Below, one piece after another: positions 13,199 through 24,822 of a stretch of 64,000 bases of DNA. The stretch lies in assembly GCA_002633005.1 (NCBI GenBank), contig NMRA01000111.1, positions 544,720 to 608,719 on the forward strand. Reading direction: 5' to 3'. Numbering within the stretch: the stretch's first letter is position 1; each line of letters begins with the position of its first letter. The notes beneath the pieces are model-generated. The model had not been told where the DNA came from, ran no database searches, and saw only the letters and a list, made by a program, of their open reading frames with translations. Position numbers and translations under genes: made by a program. The stretch is from Phoronis australis (Eukaryota; Animalia; Phoronida).

Positions 13199-13412
13199 CA
13201 ACAGAGACAGCTACTGGAGTCTATTCACTACAGACTTCTATTGAGATAAAATCCCTATGTCTCTGTTTAGGCCTTTGGCGTGAGTGTTGAATTTTGGCAT
13301 GTTTTCGTGAAACAACGGGCTACATAGACTGATTTTCAAATTTTTAGCCCAAAATCAAAAGACAATAGCCAATTCTCTGAGACTCTTTGAAAAACATTCT
13401 CCATGTGCATTG

Positions 13413-13728
13413 CGGTCTACCAGAAAAACACGGCTCATGCACTCCTAAGTACAACGGCGGCTTGCAAACCTGTAAACTCAGCTCACCGACTCACAGACAC
13501 AGCCCCGCGGCACTCACAAAACACGTCGTACTCACCCCAAAACGGTTCAGCGAAGAGTCCGTGAATCGTGCCGTGTTTGCGGTCGGCAGAGGAGCTTTGC
13601 TTTTTGTGTGCATTACCCCGTGTTCTGTGAGTTCTGGGCTGTTTTTTGAATCAGTGAGCCGTGTTCATGAGTGCGGAGTTTTGTTCATAAGTGCATGTAT
13701 GAGCCGACGGTGTTGTTCGGGTGACCTG
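13413..13728. mobile_element. Diverged foldback element with ~21-bp subrepeats, probable TSD CATTG/CACTG
   Basis: The left end cggtctaccagaaaaacac matches the reverse complement of the right end (caggtcacccgaacaacac). Units resemble those of 41640-42050. Confidence 0.6.
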
Positions 13729-13807
13729 CACTGCACCCGCAAGAGAAACGGTACGTACTGAAACTCTCGGTTGCTCGCACAAGTGGTGACTGCAGCTGGC
13801 GTGATGA

Positions 13808-13815
13808 TATAAAAG
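13808..13815 (+). promoter_or_regulatory. Candidate TATA box (TATAAAAG) for the fucosyltransferase gene
   Basis: Consensus TATA 63 bp upstream of the ATG. Alternatively 13751-13845 (gtacgt...tttcag) is a 5'UTR intron. Confidence 0.25.
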
Positions 13816-13870
13816 GGTTTATTACGATCGAAGTTATAGTTTCAGATTCTACGGTTGTGTTACGGAGTCA

Positions 13871-15040
13871 ATGCATTTTCTCAGGATATTATTTCTTGTT
13901 GTTGCCATCGTTGGAAGTCTCTTATTTTCATTATGGTTGGAAGAAAACATACATTTGGTTCCTCATTTTGTGCCATCCCAAAACGGTAGCGGTGTTATGC
14001 ATGTGTTCCGAGAAAAAGAGATCTCACGTGGGACTACCAGCGAAAGACCCACGCGTACAGAATGCTGTTCGTATTCTTATTGGGATGAGAAAGAAAAAGT
14101 AATTGTTGGAACCAATCCGTACTATTTTGTCAGGAAAAACTTCATGGGTAGACTTGGTAACCAAATGTTCCAATACGCATCGGTGTACGGGATTTCTCGA
14201 CTGTATAATGCCACCTTCGCTATCCGACCTGGTTCAATGATAGAGAGAACATTCATCAACGCCAAAGCTCATCAACTACCCACAGATGGCATTGTTGTTC
14301 ATCAGAGAGTCAATGAACGAGGTGCAAGTATTTTCAATAAAAATGTGTTCAATTTGCGTGCTGTCAACACGTCCTTTGGGGGATATTTGATTTCGTACAA
14401 GTACTTTCACAATTATAGTTCGGAAATCCGACGGCAGTTTGTTTTCAAAAACGACGTTTACACGTCCGCATTTGAATTTCTAAACAATGTTATGAAGAAG
14501 TTTAAGATGCCAATAAGTAGAACGTGCATATTTGCAAAAATCCGTTGTTTAGTTGATCGTAGGTTAGATCAAATCATTCCCGAAAATGCTACGGAGGGAC
14601 TTCCGGCTCCTGATGGAGATCCCGTTACGCTGGTTGGGATCCACGTGCGGCGCGGGGACAAACTAAAACTGATCAAATGGGGCAACACACTGCCCGGACC
14701 TGATTACTTCCAACGTGCAATCGACTACTACAACAAACGGTTTAGCAATATAATATTCGTCGTGTGCGCAGACGATAAGAAATGGGTGACTAACCACCTT
14801 TTGAACGACACATCTATAGCTATAACCCTTTCCCAACTGACGACACCAGAAGAAGACATGTGCTTATTAACTTTGTGCGATCATGTTATTTTGTCTGACG
14901 GGAGTACGTTTGGATTCTGGAGTGGTTACCTTGGAGGGGGAAATGTTGTGTATTGGCGAGGTTGGCCCCGACCGGGAAGTGGACTGGCAGAAAAAATAAA
15001 CCTTAGTGACCGCTGGTTGCCACACTGGGTCGGTCTGTGA
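13871..15040 (+). CDS. Galactoside alpha-1,2-fucosyltransferase (GT11, FUT1/FUT2-like), 389 aa, single coding exon, type II membrane protein
   Basis: N-terminal hydrophobic anchor (ILFLVVAIVGSLLFSLW). GT11 motifs GRLGNQMFQYAS, VGIHVRRGD, YFQRAIDYY and EDMCLLTLCDHVILSDGSTFGFWSGYL. C-terminal WLPHWVGL resembles the vertebrate FUT C-terminus. Confidence 0.95.
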   Translation: MHFLRILFLVVAIVGSLLFSLWLEENIHLVPHFVPSQNGSGVMHVFREKEISRGTTSERPTRTECCSYSYWDEKEKVIVGTNPYYFVRKNFMGRLGNQMFQYASVYGISRLYNATFAIRPGSMIERTFINAKAHQLPTDGIVVHQRVNERGASIFNKNVFNLRAVNTSFGGYLISYKYFHNYSSEIRRQFVFKNDVYTSAFEFLNNVMKKFKMPISRTCIFAKIRCLVDRRLDQIIPENATEGLPAPDGDPVTLVGIHVRRGDKLKLIKWGNTLPGPDYFQRAIDYYNKRFSNIIFVVCADDKKWVTNHLLNDTSIAITLSQLTTPEEDMCLLTLCDHVILSDGSTFGFWSGYLGGGNVVYWRGWPRPGSGLAEKINLSDRWLPHWVGL

Positions 15041-15809
15041 TTAAAAGTCTTGAAGAAAAAGTGAACTCCGGCAGGTGTCAACAACTGATGTAGCCACTGG
15101 TGGGGTATAAGGAGGCCATGATCCCTGCAGCTAAGTTCAAAGACGTTGGTGATTCAGCACGTGCGTGAGCTTGCATGAGTAACTCAAAGCGTTCCTACAA
15201 TGGATTTTTGCACTTTTTGAGTTTTAGACCGTGTATAATAATTTTATAAATTAAGATCTAACTGAAGAAACACTTGTTTGGGGAAATAATTGAGGAATGT
15301 CGAATTTGAAAGAAAACTATGATTTTTTGGTTTCCCGCCACGTGATGTCATCAGTGGAAGACACTGAACAGTTGACTGCATTAATGCAATGGTGTGTATT
15401 ATTTTGTAAATTACGAATACCTACATGTAGAGAGCAAGGGCTTGACGAGTGTTATGAATAAGGTATGGAAACAGGGTTGAAAACGACTCTCGGGTCATAG
15501 ACAAAACAGAGCATGAGTTAGACCTTAATATAATCATTGATGTCTTTGAGTGCTTGAGGGGCGAATGCAACCCTCACGTACCGGAGTTTTCTACGGAGCT
15601 ACTCAGTCTGTCAGAGCTGCCACTTCTGAGTGGTAACTATTACCTTTTACTGAATTACGATTTAATTTCTAACTACTTTGGTGTCGAGCAACATGTATAT
15701 GTCTCGAACTGTAAACCTATACACCCTGACTGTCAAACTCCAGTCTCTAATAGCGGAAATATTGATTTCATTTCTTCAAATGTCAAGTGTGTTTCTAAAA
15801 ATGATGGAT

Positions 15810-17390
15810 AATTGACAACCGATATCATTACGAGACACTGGTTATAAACTACTTATAAAAGTTCTTACAGCCCGTCTGAATAATATAACAAGGAAACTTG
15901 CCCAATCATGTCAACAGCTGTTCAAGGACAATGCATAGGTTACAATATGCAAATCCCTGAGCGTATTGTTTCATAAACAAATATTATTCATGGTCAGGGT
16001 CATATTCCGTTTTTAGACTTTTGCAAAGCATATGATACAATAAAATGGAACTTTACATTCAAACATTAAATGCGTTTCAATTTGGGACAGGTTTTTACAA
16101 GATTTGTGCAGATAACTTATACTAAACCAATAGAATGTCATAACAAATAGCTTCTCTACAGATTATTTTCCGATAGAGATGGGTGTGATTCTTTGTCAGA
16201 TCCATTGTATTGCCTTGCTTTTGAAGTTATGGCCAATTACACACGAAATAGCAATTCAATAAAAAATAAAGTGAAAATTTTCTTGTATGCACATGATGCT
16301 ACGTTATTTTTACAAGGTGAAAAGTATGTATAAATTGTCTAAAGTTTTTGAAACATTTTGGTCTGACCTACTGCTAAATATTGATTAGTGTGAAGGGTTA
16401 AACTTCGGCCTTAAGAAAGAATGTCCTGTCTCACTTAACGGCTTCAAGTGGACTGGCAAAGCAATCAAGAGGTAACTGGGAATATCTTCTAGTCATGATA
16501 AATAAGAAAGTGTTTCTTAAATTTTGAACTTAAAATTAAACCGATTAAAAAGTCTCTCATTGTCTTCAAAAGCCGCAATATTTCTTTGCTAGGCAGAATT
16601 GGTGTAGCAAATTGTTTGCGCATTAAAGACAGTCTACGTAATGAGAAACTCAGCAATTGATAGGGCAAATACAACTAAAGTAAACACTATAATATTTTTT
16701 TTCTTTTGCAAGATAACGTCCCCCGAATTGAAAAGGTGACTTTGAAATCCTATGAAAATGATAGTTTGTCAGTTCCTGATGTAAATATTACGTTCAAGCC
16801 ATTACCACTAAAATGGGTTATCCGGTGCTTGGATGTAAACAACTGGGCCCAGTTGTATAAAAGTTATACGCCGTATATCAACAATGACGTCGCATAATCA
16901 CGCGTCACGTTGCTATTGTTGAACAATGCACTTGACGTCATGCAACAATCAAGCTTATCCAGCGGATAACTTTTGGAGCTTTGTGCAACTCAGCCCTGAA
17001 GTTTTTAAAGTGTTTCCAAACTATGTTTTCAAATTATATGAGGGTAGTCTGATCTTTCAATCAAATCCTGCTGTTGTCTGTTGTTAATCTTGATGTCTTC
17101 TATCATGGCATCTTGATTGCTTGGGAAGAAATGATTGACTATTAAGGACATAACAATGGAAACCAAATGATGTGGAACAATAATACTGTTTGATTGATGG
17201 GAGGTCTTCTTCAAAATGCAGTTTTTATGAGGCAGGCATAATTTTTATGACGGCTCTTTTGGATTTTGAAAACGAATTCTTGACCTAGGATGTATTGAAA
17301 TAAAGATAACACTTTCAAACTGGATTAATTATGCTGCTTTGGGACGTGTAATTAAATTCAAACCTGAGCCTACCAGGTCTATGTAAAATA
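15810..17390 (+). pseudogene. Heavily decayed L1/Tx1-clade LINE ORF2 (reverse transcriptase region)
   Basis: Frameshifted motifs in the expected order: N*QPISLRDTGYKLLIKVLTARL (NWRPISL-like), LDF-AKAYDTIKWNF, KIFLYAHDATLFL (YADD-like), NISLLGRIGVAN. Ends are approximate. Confidence 0.8.
16846..16995. mobile_element. Harbinger-like MITE (GGCC termini, TSD CTG) inserted in the LINE relic
   Basis: ctg|ggcccagttg...caactcagcc|ctg. Second copy at about 29385-29538. Confidence 0.75.
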
Positions 17391-19458
17391 AGGTAACTAC
17401 TCCGTTTTCCAGAAATATTTTGCTTACCAAAATTGATTCGCCTCCGGACATAGAATACAGCTTGATTGATATTTACCCTAGATAACAAACCCAGTCATTA
17501 ATGTCGCGATAATTGATGTTTTTGAACTGTATGAAAGGGAAAAAAGACCTGTTGTCCGACGAAAGTTTCACGAAAGGGGTCGAACGCGATTGGGATGATG
17601 TAAACTTGTGCGTTTATCGTTTTTTTTGGCTTTTGTACGGTTTACCTGAATGAGTAGTGTGCCTTAATTTCCTGCAGAAGTAAGGGATTACTTTGCAAAT
17701 TGTTTTGTCGCTATGCTCGACCTTCAAAACATAGGTATAGACACTTATTTTCCCTCAACATGATTATAGTCGTTGAGATATTTGCAAACTAACGACAATT
17801 CAGTAATGGCCGCACTAATTTGCATAAAAACACATACGCGGGACATTTTATCGACTTGCTAACATTGATTTCCAATGTTTTCACAAAGATGCCTTCATAA
17901 AAAGCGCAACTTAGTTCATGTCCAGGGGTGCACGGGGGGCCATCTTCCGATTCAAATTGTAAGCTTTGTATGCATTGCGCTCACCATATTTCCTTTCCGT
18001 CCAATTTGAAATAGTCATGGCAGTACCAAAGATACTTAGATGAACCACACCTCTTGGACTGACTAAATTCCTCAACACTGCGAAACAAAAGGTTTGGTAC
18101 AGAACACACCTGTCAGTCGATATAGACTATATTTCATGCAACAGGCTTCCGGCCAAAGGTACAGAATATATAATGCATAAAATTGAATACTATTTCGTCC
18201 ACCTTATCAAATCTAGGTAAAAGTGCACGTTAATTTGAATATATATTACAGGTGTACACTCCAGAAGAAATTGTATTTCTTATTCCACTATTAAAGCAGT
18301 GACGTATCCCGGGCGCTCTTCTCTATCAATACCACTGTAATCTTGCCTTAGCTATAGATAAACTTAGTGCCATCCAGCAAATATTAAAATTTATTGATTA
18401 AAAATCTAAGCCAATTTCGGACTTTAAAAATAGCAGCCGGATATTCCCTAAGTACAATTGTCATGTAGGATGTTTTTGAAATGTTTTGAGGTTTTGAATT
18501 TCATGAATTATTTCATTGTTTGCATATCAGAACTCTCATCACGAGAAAAGCTGCCCCACATGAAAGTTTCTACAGTCTGGCAAGGTTCAGTTGATGATGT
18601 ACACGCAGTTGCGGTGAAACGTTGTATAGAGTACAGGTTCTCGTCCGGTTGTTACACCAATATTGTACGTGGTATATAGCAGTAGGGGTGAGTGATTACA
18701 TTTAACACCTCTGATATGGAGGTGTGGGCTAGATTCCTTGCGTATACGTTTCTGCAGTCTGATTTAAAATACATTGTTTTAGCAATATATGAACTTACTT
18801 TTGGTCGTTGATTATTCAGACGTTTGACAATCAAATGGGCATTCTGGCCAAAAAGTGTTTTTTTTTTCAGAAATGATAAGTAGCTCGCCATCGAATCCAC
18901 TAGCTCTGCAGTAGAATCTCAATGTATTGCCGCCGAGCCACGCGTAAACAAGCAGACTAAGAGTAAAGACACAAGCAAAATTATGGCAGACAACGGCGAA
19001 ATTATGGCAGACAACGGCGAGAATTGGCGATTTGTAATCAAATCACAAGAGCACAACGGATTTTGTTGTTTTTACAACTCTGGCCAAAGATAATAACTTC
19101 AACAAGTCTATCATGTCTAGCAGTAATCCCAAAATGCATTTTCCGGCTGTAAGACCGATAGTGTCTCTTTAATTTTTACATGTACTGATGATTTCCGCTG
19201 CTATATTTGACCGATCAGGCCGTAGGGCGTTCCCCTTAATGAAGGTGTGTTGTTGATATAGAAAATGGGACAGGTATGACAAAGGAATTATCAATGAAGA
19301 ATAAGACAGATTGACAATTAATTGCCGATGTTTCAACAAGGCCGTTGTTGTTGTTTAAAACAGCTCACTTCTTATTACAATCATGGAACAAGACCTTCAT
19401 CTCAAACAAAAATCCACCAAAACACATGCATGCTGTATACACTTGATTCGTTTCAGGT

Positions 19459-19985
19459 CAAGGGGGAATCTACAATTGGTGGGACTTCAAAACCACTTCC
19501 CCGGACTTCAAAACCAGCTGGCTGGACTGCAAAACTCAATGGCCGGTGTTCTGACTTGCTGGTTGGACCTCAAAACAAGTTGGGCGTTACCTCAAAACCA
19601 GATGGCCGCATCCAAAAAACTGGCTGGCCGGACCTAAAACGGGTTGGCCGGTGCTCGAACACAATGGCCGAATAGCCGATTTTGAACAAAACAAACAAAC
19701 GGGTACGAAAAATAAACACTAGATGTCAATTGAATACTTCGAGACATTCAAAGCGAGTCTCTGAGGAAGTCCGACCGTCGCGTTTGATCACCCGCCAACT
19801 GGTTATAGCACCGGCCACCGTGTTTTGGGTCCAGCCAACTAGTTTTTTTGGGTGAGGCCATCGCGTTTTAAAGTCCGGACACCACGTTTGATCACCGACC
19901 ATTTGGTTTTGCAGTCAATCTGACTGGTTTTTGAAGTCCGGTCAAGTGGTTTTCATGTCCGACCGACCAATTGTTAATCCCCCTG
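19459..19985. mobile_element. Foldback element with arms built of ~21-bp units, TSD CAGGT
   Basis: Termini caagggggaatctacaattggt / accaattgttaatccccctg. CAGGT at 19454-19458 and 19986-19990. Units such as ggacttcaaaaccagctggct are mirrored in the right arm. Confidence 0.8.
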
Positions 19986-20714
19986 CAGGTGATTTGGTAG
20001 CAATTTAGCATGAGCAATAGCATCTATACCTGGAGCACAAAAGAGCATTACTTCAAGTATGGTTACTATTAGAGAGGCGTTTACTTTGTCAAATGGGTTT
20101 TAAACCAAAATCGATCGAATACAATGACTGCAGTTGGTGAAAAAAACGTCGGAGAACTGAATCGTATACTCATTCATTGAACACACAGTTAAATGAAAAG
20201 GCAATTATGCAAACATCTGCTCGCAATTTATCAAAACAACGGTGAACTGCAAAAAATAACTTTACTTAACAATCATGGATATTTACAATACAATCGATGG
20301 ACACCACACCCAAACTAGGATTTAGAGTTACATTGTATACTGAAAAACACAGCCTCAAACAACAATTCATTACACAAAGAATAGTACTGATTCAGGTACC
20401 ACAGCTATATAGGCTTGCATGAACTTCTTATTACATGACACGTTCTTACACAAAATGTTTGTAATACAATTTGGTCAATTTAAAGTCCTTATGCATTTTC
20501 AAAAGATTGATATAATTAAAAAAACTCGAAATATATATAAATTATACCGGCACAAAATTAAGCAATTTGTAACACGGTATAGTCATTGTATTTACCTCTT
20601 TTCCGTTACCAAACTAAATGCCTTTTTGAGCACAATTTTGTACATCCGCCGAGATCAGAAAATCATCGACTATTCCCGTCTATCTCCGTGACCTGAGTTC
20701 CTTGTGCACCAGTT

Positions 20715-20830
20715 GAGGAACTATTCCTGAATGAGTTACGGATGAACGGCAATTACCGATTCATCACAGATAGTCACGGCATCGATAACTCGGCCACTGC
20801 CGTTCATACGTAACTCATCGGATAATTCCG
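20715..20830. repeat. Inverted repeat, probably the core of an old palindromic MITE
   Basis: atgagttacggatgaacggca pairs with tgccgttcatacgtaactcat. Outer limits are not resolved. Confidence 0.55.
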
Positions 20831-23137
20831 TACGTTGCGCGTGAGACCAAGGAGTTGCTCCGGACGAGCTTTTTGGGAAAATTTTTGTGCTTTGACCGCG
20901 AATTTCTTGCGAACTCGGTGGAGCAGGACACCGTAAATGGCCATTGGGAGAAAGAACAATTCCTCATGATTTGTTAAACGTCTGTTTTGTGTAAATTTAT
21001 TGAGTTTTGTGTTTGTTATGGACGGTTGAGGTGAAGCATTCGTGGAATTTCTAGTCCGAAGTGTCATACCTTGTATTATTATATAGTGTATTGGGGACGA
21101 TCAGAAGCTGAGGACGCCTGTGTGTAGCCGTGCCATATTGAAATTCATGAATCCGCCAGAGGGCGATCAGGTCTTTGGTACACAAGCGCTCACCGCTACC
21201 TAGAGATCCCATATAACTTGCGGGCGGGAAGTTTCCACCTACTAGTATTAAAGTGTTTTAATTACACCTTTCTTGCCATTATAATGCTGACAGGCAACAT
21301 TCCACTGCTGTGGGGTGGGATGCATTTAATGCCTTGTCTTACGAAAAAGGCAAACCTTTTGAAACATTAATGGGTGAAAAAGGACAATGACATCGTGTTC
21401 CACGCCTACATTTCCCACTGCGAAGCGGAAATATCGTCCGCGACAAAGCCACCAGCTACTGCTGATAAAGCGGGAAAATTTCGATCTCATACGGTGTCAA
21501 AAAGCTAAAATAAATTCGTGAACTTTAACTAGTCAAACAATGGGAGGGCCTGACAGTGGAATTTATTCCTCTTCATTTAAATTAATGAACCAGCGTGTAG
21601 CAATTTAACTTCTGTCCACCAATGAGTCGGGATCAATCGGTAGTCACTTTTGTGCTCTCACTACGTTAAACAGCGCCAATATGGAAAGTTTCCTAATAGG
21701 GGGCCGTGTGACTACCGACAGCGCATTTCGTAACTTGGCAGCAAATCGGCACCGGCTTTACAGCCCTTTAAAAATGCAATGTGGAAAGAAAAAATATAAA
21801 CACACCGCAATGTTTCAACAAACAAAGACATTTTTTCACCTCAAAACTGTGCGCTCCTCACGTGAATTGGAATAAGGTGCAACTGTGCTTCATTTTGCTG
21901 CCCGGGCACGACAACCGGCGACGTTTCCCCAGCAATTGCCACGTGTCACTTCGCTGGGAAAATAATCACTTGCTAAGGTGGCTTCAATTTTTAATTATTA
22001 GACAAAACATATCTTGAAACGTGAAAAAATACAGTTGTCTAAAAATAAATAATCTGCGATTGAAAATGCAATGCAAACGGGGGGAACCTGAGTGTAGTGA
22101 ACTGTAGTCTATGAGGCGTGAATCTCGGCGATGCGAAAATATTGTAGTGCTAGGAGCATGACGCAGTATTTTTTATTCTCTTTGTCACACGAATTTCAGC
22201 TATTCAAGGCCCGAGGAGCTAATTAATGTGCTGCGGGATCACTACTGCTACGCCGCGAAGTAGTGATGTCCGCGGCCATGAGGCCGGGCTCCGATAGTAG
22301 CTTATTCGAACTCTTCAGGCTGAATGAAATTTTTTCCTCTTACTTTAAACTCATTAATACTAGTATTATACTATTTGGCAACATTCCAAGTTTTTTTTTC
22401 TGAAGTAGTTTCGCCAACAGTTGGTATTCAGTAAGAAATAGGCTGTCACTCATTGTTGGCCGTCAGCCGCCTAACAAAGTCGACAAAGACCACCGGTAAT
22501 TAGTTGTTCCCTGTCTAACTTTATTTTCAATATTTTCACAAGTTGTCCAAATATTCTTACTGTACAGCTATTTTACTATCCACTGTAATTACGTAACACA
22601 TGAACACGAGCAAAACAAAAATGCCCTGGCCATTGTCCCTGAACTGATAATGAACAAATTTCTCTGCTCTACATGTTTAGCTGCGTCTTTCTTTTATCAG
22701 CTATAGGGCCACGTTGCAATATAGGTGGCGCTACACTACCGAGTGTAAGTTCCACAATATCCTCGCATTGGCATAAGAGTTTGGTGTATATCTCTGACAT
22801 CTGGTTCTTGATTGGCCAGTCAAAGATGAAGTCAACCATTAGATTTAAATCAGCTGATCGAACACAAAATACATGTTTTTTACAACCCGGCTTAACTGGG
22901 GTAATTTGAGTTATTATCTAAATGATAAACGCCGGTTATGATCACCATCCCCACTCATTACAATATCACACTTTGTTTTGGGAAACATTACAGTTGTGCC
23001 TCTCATTTTTCGTATCTCATCAAGGTTACTCATAAAGGAACAATGTACACATGATTACTGAATCATTTGTCGCAGAAAATGAGAGAAATAAGAGACAATT
23101 TGAAATGTTTTTAAACAATAAAGTACGCATACAAACC

Positions 23138-23271
23138 CAGTGGCGGATCTAGGACATCACAAGGGGGGGGGCCCAACGTTCTGTCCGGCTGTAAACGTTT
23201 GCGCAAACTGAACCACTATTGTAGATGCGCATAGCACCAAATGGGGGGAGGTCGGGAGGGGGGTTTGCCCC
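23138..23271 (+). mobile_element. Left end of a CAGTGGCGGATC-type (hAT-like) element, cut at the n at 23272
   Basis: cagtggcggatctaggacatcaca followed by G-runs; similar to the terminus at 6839. Confidence 0.6.
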
Positions 23272-24339
23272 NCTCCTCTTATACTGTTTCATCACAATTA
23301 TGGCCTTATTAAACAACTTACATTGTAGGCTATGTATGTGAATAGCTACTGTAGTGATTTAAACAGGAAATCCCTGCTCCTGTCTTCAGATGTGCTGAAG
23401 CCAACCAAAAGTATTATCTCCAATCAGTTAAAACAATTTAGGATATATATTTATATACATAGTTAATCAAAAAAGTACATACCTAAATTAGAAAATCTTA
23501 TTCAAAATAATATTACACTAACAATGAACTCGAGGTCAACATTATGCAAGTCTCAGAGCTGATGTCACCTGTTTGGGTACTGTTGTCCGAATGAGCAGAG
23601 GTCAGCTTCAGCTGTTAGACAATATGTCACCACAAACAATTAGATGGACGCAATTAATAATAAACATTTGTTTATGCAACATGTTCCTCAAGACAATTAA
23701 TAATGCCTGGATCTGTTTTAAAATATAGTGCAACAAGGAATTCACCTCATTGTGATACAAGTAAAACCTGGGGATTTTGTTGTTATTTCATCCTTCTGGT
23801 AAACCTTAAAATTACCTAAATTACCTTAATTGGTTTAACTTATGTCACCATCAAGTTCAAACTAAAATATAAACACATTAATTAACAAGGTAACCTTTAG
23901 CTATGATCAAATTAAAAATGATGATAAAAGTTTCAGCAATTGTTCATTGAAAATTTAAAAAGATGTCCGATTTCCTTTAATTACAGAGACGATTTGTTAC
24001 ATAATTAATTATAAATATTTTGACAAAGACATTTAAAAATGAAGTTCTGTAAAAGGTTAAACATTCTAGAGTTGACTTAATGCATATTCATATTAGTTTG
24101 ACAGTTTTTCTCAGCTAGAGAAAACAAATAGACTTAATTTCCATTGAAAACATATATGCTCTATTAATTATGATTATGATAATTACCATCTTAAGTGTCA
24201 GGAAAATGACTTTTATGCTTTTAACTTGTTTTTAGAAGTTATCAACATTAATTTGATATCAAAATAAAGTATCCTGCTTATCACCTGAAACAGCAATGAA
24301 GCAGATACTTTGTGTCAAGTCATTTCAAAAAAATACCTA

Positions 24340-24500
24340 TGTGACCTTTGACCTTGATTTGACCTTGACCATGACCCCAAATTTCGGGCAACCGACCCTC
24401 ATGAGATTCAGCGTGTCCCAAAGTATCTGTGTACTAACTTTGGTGCTTTAATCCGGGGTGTAAATGTTTTGGGGTTTTTGGCTGCTAAGGGACCGGACTA
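24340..24500. mobile_element. Terminal region of a DNA transposon (TAGTCC... terminus, possibly Academ-like)
   Basis: Subterminal tgacctttgaccttg repeats followed by ...gctgctaagggaccggacta. Only one end is visible, and the superfamily call is tentative. Confidence 0.35.
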
Positions 24501-24776
24501 AATGGCTTAAAAATTCAAGTTGTTTGAGAATAACTACGAAGAGTATTCTGGAATTCTGTGAAGCCCTAGGAAAGGGCGATTTCTCCCGGAAGCTCCCTGA
24601 AAACGAGTCCCTTTTTGCAATCCACTCAGTGTGTGGGTGGGTATCCTGTAGTTTGCACCCCCGTTAAAAACATAGCCTAATGCCCCTCGGTTCTCTCTCA
24701 CCGGGTTTTGTCCCATATTCAAGATCGTACAGGGCCTTGGTGACAGGCCACAATTTTTGTCGAGCTTTACGATACA

Positions 24777-24822
24777 AATAATAATAATAATAGTAATAAT
24801 AATAATAACAATAATAATAATA
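24777..24822. repeat. (AAT)n microsatellite
   Basis: Directly visible. Confidence 0.9.

Noticed and set aside
13058-13249. RE-repeat protein ORF
   Set aside because: It is the translation of a (GA)n microsatellite.
13871-15040. Intronless GT11 as a bacterial horizontal transfer or retrogene
   Set aside because: It has a type II membrane anchor and stem typical of Golgi enzymes, and animal FUT1/2 coding regions are commonly single-exon. No poly(A) tail or TSD is visible.
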